Made by a program: the position numbers and the translations under genes
Part shown: positions 61,051 through 64,000 of the stretch, piece after piece
Position numbering within the stretch: the stretch's first letter is position 1
Layout: each line of letters starts with the position of its first letter
Assembly (NCBI RefSeq): GCF_006345805.1
Contig: NC_043008.1
Span: 51,956,001-52,020,000 of the forward strand
Direction of reading: 5' to 3'
Source of the DNA: Octopus sinensis
Lineage: Eukaryota
Length of the DNA stretch: 64,000 nt
The notes under the pieces: model-generated
The model's database searches: none
The model's input: only the letters and a program-made list of their open reading frames with translations
What the model was told of the DNA's origin: nothing

Positions 61051-62735
61051 TAATGTAGCCACCTCACACCTACCAATTAAAATTTTCCAAATTAACTTTC
61101 CCGTTATTAGTGGAATGGTCACCATATTGATTGTGAAAAGGACATCCAAGGTTGTTATTGAGTCTCTGGTCAACTCTAATTGAGTAGACCAATGGTCGAA
61201 GACATTTCTGCCTTGACTATTCTGCCTTTTTCCTGGGCATGGTGCACTCAGGACTACACTAACCAACATGTGCTTCTTTCCAAGATTGTAGGAGTAATTC
61301 AAGGAACATTTAGCTGCTATTTCGTTCTTGTCAGTCAAGCTATGTTGAATTGTGTATTATTTTCCACTTCCTTACAAGATATAACTTGTGATTTTAGAAG
61401 GAGATAAGAGAATAAAGGCAATCTGAATGAGTTCTGTTATGGGAGATATCATTCTTTTATTCTTTTACTAGTTTGTCATTAGACCACGACCAGGCTGGGT
61501 CACAAGCTTCATTGGTTTCATTTGATAATATTGACACCATTATTTCTATCAGTGTGGCTTTTAATTTGTCAATCTCTTTTTGTTGAACCAGTTGGTTATG
61601 CTGCATATGTATTTAAATCACTGTAAACATAAATGCGTATGCATGCAGAAACAAACACATGCACACACACAAACACAATCTATTATGTATGTGTATGCAG
61701 GAATGTGTGTTTACATAGCGGAATGAACTTCTGGGCTTCTGCACAGTTTCCACCTACAAAATTCCACTCAGAAGGATTAACTATACTCCAAGGCAACTTA
61801 TCTAAAGTGCCACAAAGTACAATCAAATGTGGAACTGTGTAGTTGAAAAAGTAAACTTAGATAACCATGCATGTGTGTGTGTGTGTGTGTGTGCATATAT
61901 ATGATTTTATTGATTAAATTGTTTACATTTCCTTATGTATTTTGTAATTGGAAGTTGTTTTTCCATAGTTTCAATTCGAGGCAAATAAGGTTGGTCTCTT
62001 TCTTTGCTTCTGTGGCCAGCTGTGATGCACAACAGTCTTATTCTAAAGATCAATAGGTTTGATCTCGTCATTGAAGGAATCCTCTATTTGTTATGATTCA
62101 AATCGATCAACCATCAATCAAAACAAATGATTTTTTGAGGTTGAAAAAAGAAATAATTTAGCATAAAAACTGGACATCTTCCATTAAACCATGAGTTTCC
62201 CTTATTTACTTGAACATAATATATGTGGCTGGTGTGTATTCGTTATGGTTGTTTGATTTCTTATAACAAGCAAAATATATTGCTTAGTCATCACACTGTT
62301 TCTTTGTCAGCTTTCCATGTCTTTGTTTGATATATTATTTGATTTTGCAAATCTTCTGTGTAGCAGCTCTTTTCCCACACTTGTTTATTAAAGAGTGTCC
62401 TAATAAAAGAAAGTCATCGAAGTTGATAATGACATTGCGTTCTAGATCTGCTTTTGTTGCGAATAAATTTTACTAAATTTGTAATACCTGCAATTTTTTT
62501 TTTTCCTTTTCTTTTTTCAACATGACTATGCCTAAGATGCACACTTTTGCAACTAAGTGATTTTGGGTTAAATCTTATTTATATACAAAAATGCATGTAC
62601 ACACACACACACACACATGTACATACACTGCATGGCTGAATAGCAAAAGAAATTTGCTTTGCAATCCCAAGATCTTGGTTTCAATTCCACTCTATGATAT
62701 CTTGACCAAGTGCCATTTACCATAGCCTTGGGAGT

Positions 62736-62958
62736 TAATCCCTTTGATACCAACCTACAGCTGCTCCTGATTCTCTGATACAAACTCTCTGTTTTGAAAT
62801 GGTTTTAATTAAAATCTCCCATCAAAATTTCCATGTTAATTTCTGATCCAAACACCAGCTTAATAATGACAGGTATTTTAATAAATTCTTTGATATTAAA
62901 AAAATTAATTAAAACAGAAGCAGTGTATTTCAACAGAATATAGTAACAAAAGGGTTAA
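62736..62958. mobile_element. TTAA MITE family 2
   Basis: TTAATCCCTTTGATAC ... GTAACAAAAGGGTTAA. Confidence 0.8.
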
Positions 62959-63391
62959 ACTGGGTTCCCACTTTCATTGGCCAGGATATATGTGTAAGGA
63001 AACCATGCCCAATTATACTCATAACATGTTTTGCTAGTAGTAGACTTGGTACCTTTTTCTCCTTTATATTTCACCTGTTATTGTCTTCCTTTAGATTACC
63101 ATCTACCTGACTAGATTACAATCTACCTAACAGCTACAGTAAACCAAAACGTTTTCAGTTTCATACATCATTCCTATGCAAACAGGACACCTTTTCAATG
63201 TGTAGTGATGATGATGATGTTGATTGATTCACCTTGCACAAACTGAACATCTATATGTGGATTCTCCTCACATTATCCCATTTATATTGATCTGTCATAC
63301 TTTGAATGTTATTGCAATGATGTAGAAGACATCAGTTTGCCACTGGCCTGATTGAAATATATTATGTTTGTTGCTGGCAGATTATTATTTT

Positions 63392-63408
63392 TACTCCTAC
63401 TACTACTC

Positions 63409-63439
<31 letters not shown>

Positions 63440-63528
63440 AAATACTACTACTACTACTACAACAAATACTAATACTACTACAACAAATACTACTACTACT
63501 ACTACTATTACTACTACTACTACTACTA
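63392..63528. repeat. (CTA)n trinucleotide microsatellite with interruptions
   Basis: CTACTACTA runs with CAAATA interruptions. Confidence 0.95.
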
Positions 63529-64000
63529 AGTTTCAAATTCTGTTGAAGTTGATTTCCTCTTTCATCCTTTCAGGGTCAATAAATTAAGTGCCACACTGGG
63601 TTCAATGTAATTGACTGGTCCTCTCCTACCAAATTTCAGGCCTTGTGCCTTTAGTAGAAAGGATTATTATCATTATTATTATTATTAAGGTGGCAAGCTG
63701 ACATAATAAGTGATGCTGGGCAAAATACTTAGTGGCATTTTGTCTGTCTTTATGTTCTGAGTTCAGGTTTCACCGAGGATGACTTTACTTTTCATCCTTT
63801 CAGGGTCAATAAAATAAGTACCAACTGAGCTCTGCAGTCCATATAAGTAACTTACCCCCACCTTCAAAGTTGTTAACCATGTACCAATATTTGAAATTAA
63901 AAGTAATTCTTATTATTATTATCATTATTATTATTATCATTATTATTATTATATTATTATTATCATCATCATCATCATTCCTGAGCTGGCAGAACTGTGA
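63528..64000 (+). mobile_element. Head-to-tail array of Meta-like SINE units with (ATT)n/(ATC)n spacers, running off the window end
   Basis: TTTCATCCTTTCAGGGTCAATAAA occurs twice; a third head GAGCTGGCAGAA starts at about 63983. Confidence 0.85.

Noticed and set aside
63309-63546. Poly-Leu and poly-Ser ORFs that look like a signal or transmembrane peptide
   Set aside because: They are translations of the (CTA)n microsatellite

Overview
This is AT-rich, CpG-depleted eukaryotic DNA, almost entirely non-coding and dominated by transposable elements and microsatellites. The repeat repertoire looks like a coleoid cephalopod, probably Octopus (recognised by eye, not database-confirmed): tRNA-headed CORE-like SINEs, Meta-domain-like SINEs, RTE LINE fragments with (GAT)n tails and TTAA-flanked MITEs. 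No intact protein-coding gene, rRNA, true tRNA or CRISPR array is visible. Nearly all supplied ORFs are artefacts of microsatellites or repeats. Decayed coding relics can be read for a mariner transposase, two maT-type (DD37D) transposases, four RTE ORF2 pieces, a CR1/Jockey-group RT, a HERO-like endonuclease end and possibly a BED finger. The best host-gene candidate is one + strand exon (58782-58909) encoding a signal-peptide-like N-terminus, which would make the window mostly a very large intron. I found no convincing new multi-gene system. The most interesting items are structural: a 130-bp local templated insertion, a Helitron-like element enclosing a LINE fragment, a near-perfect 21-bp hairpin, a MITE with paired MEF2 consensus sites, dimeric SINEs and inverted retro-insertion junctions. 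Boundaries of old repeats are approximate.
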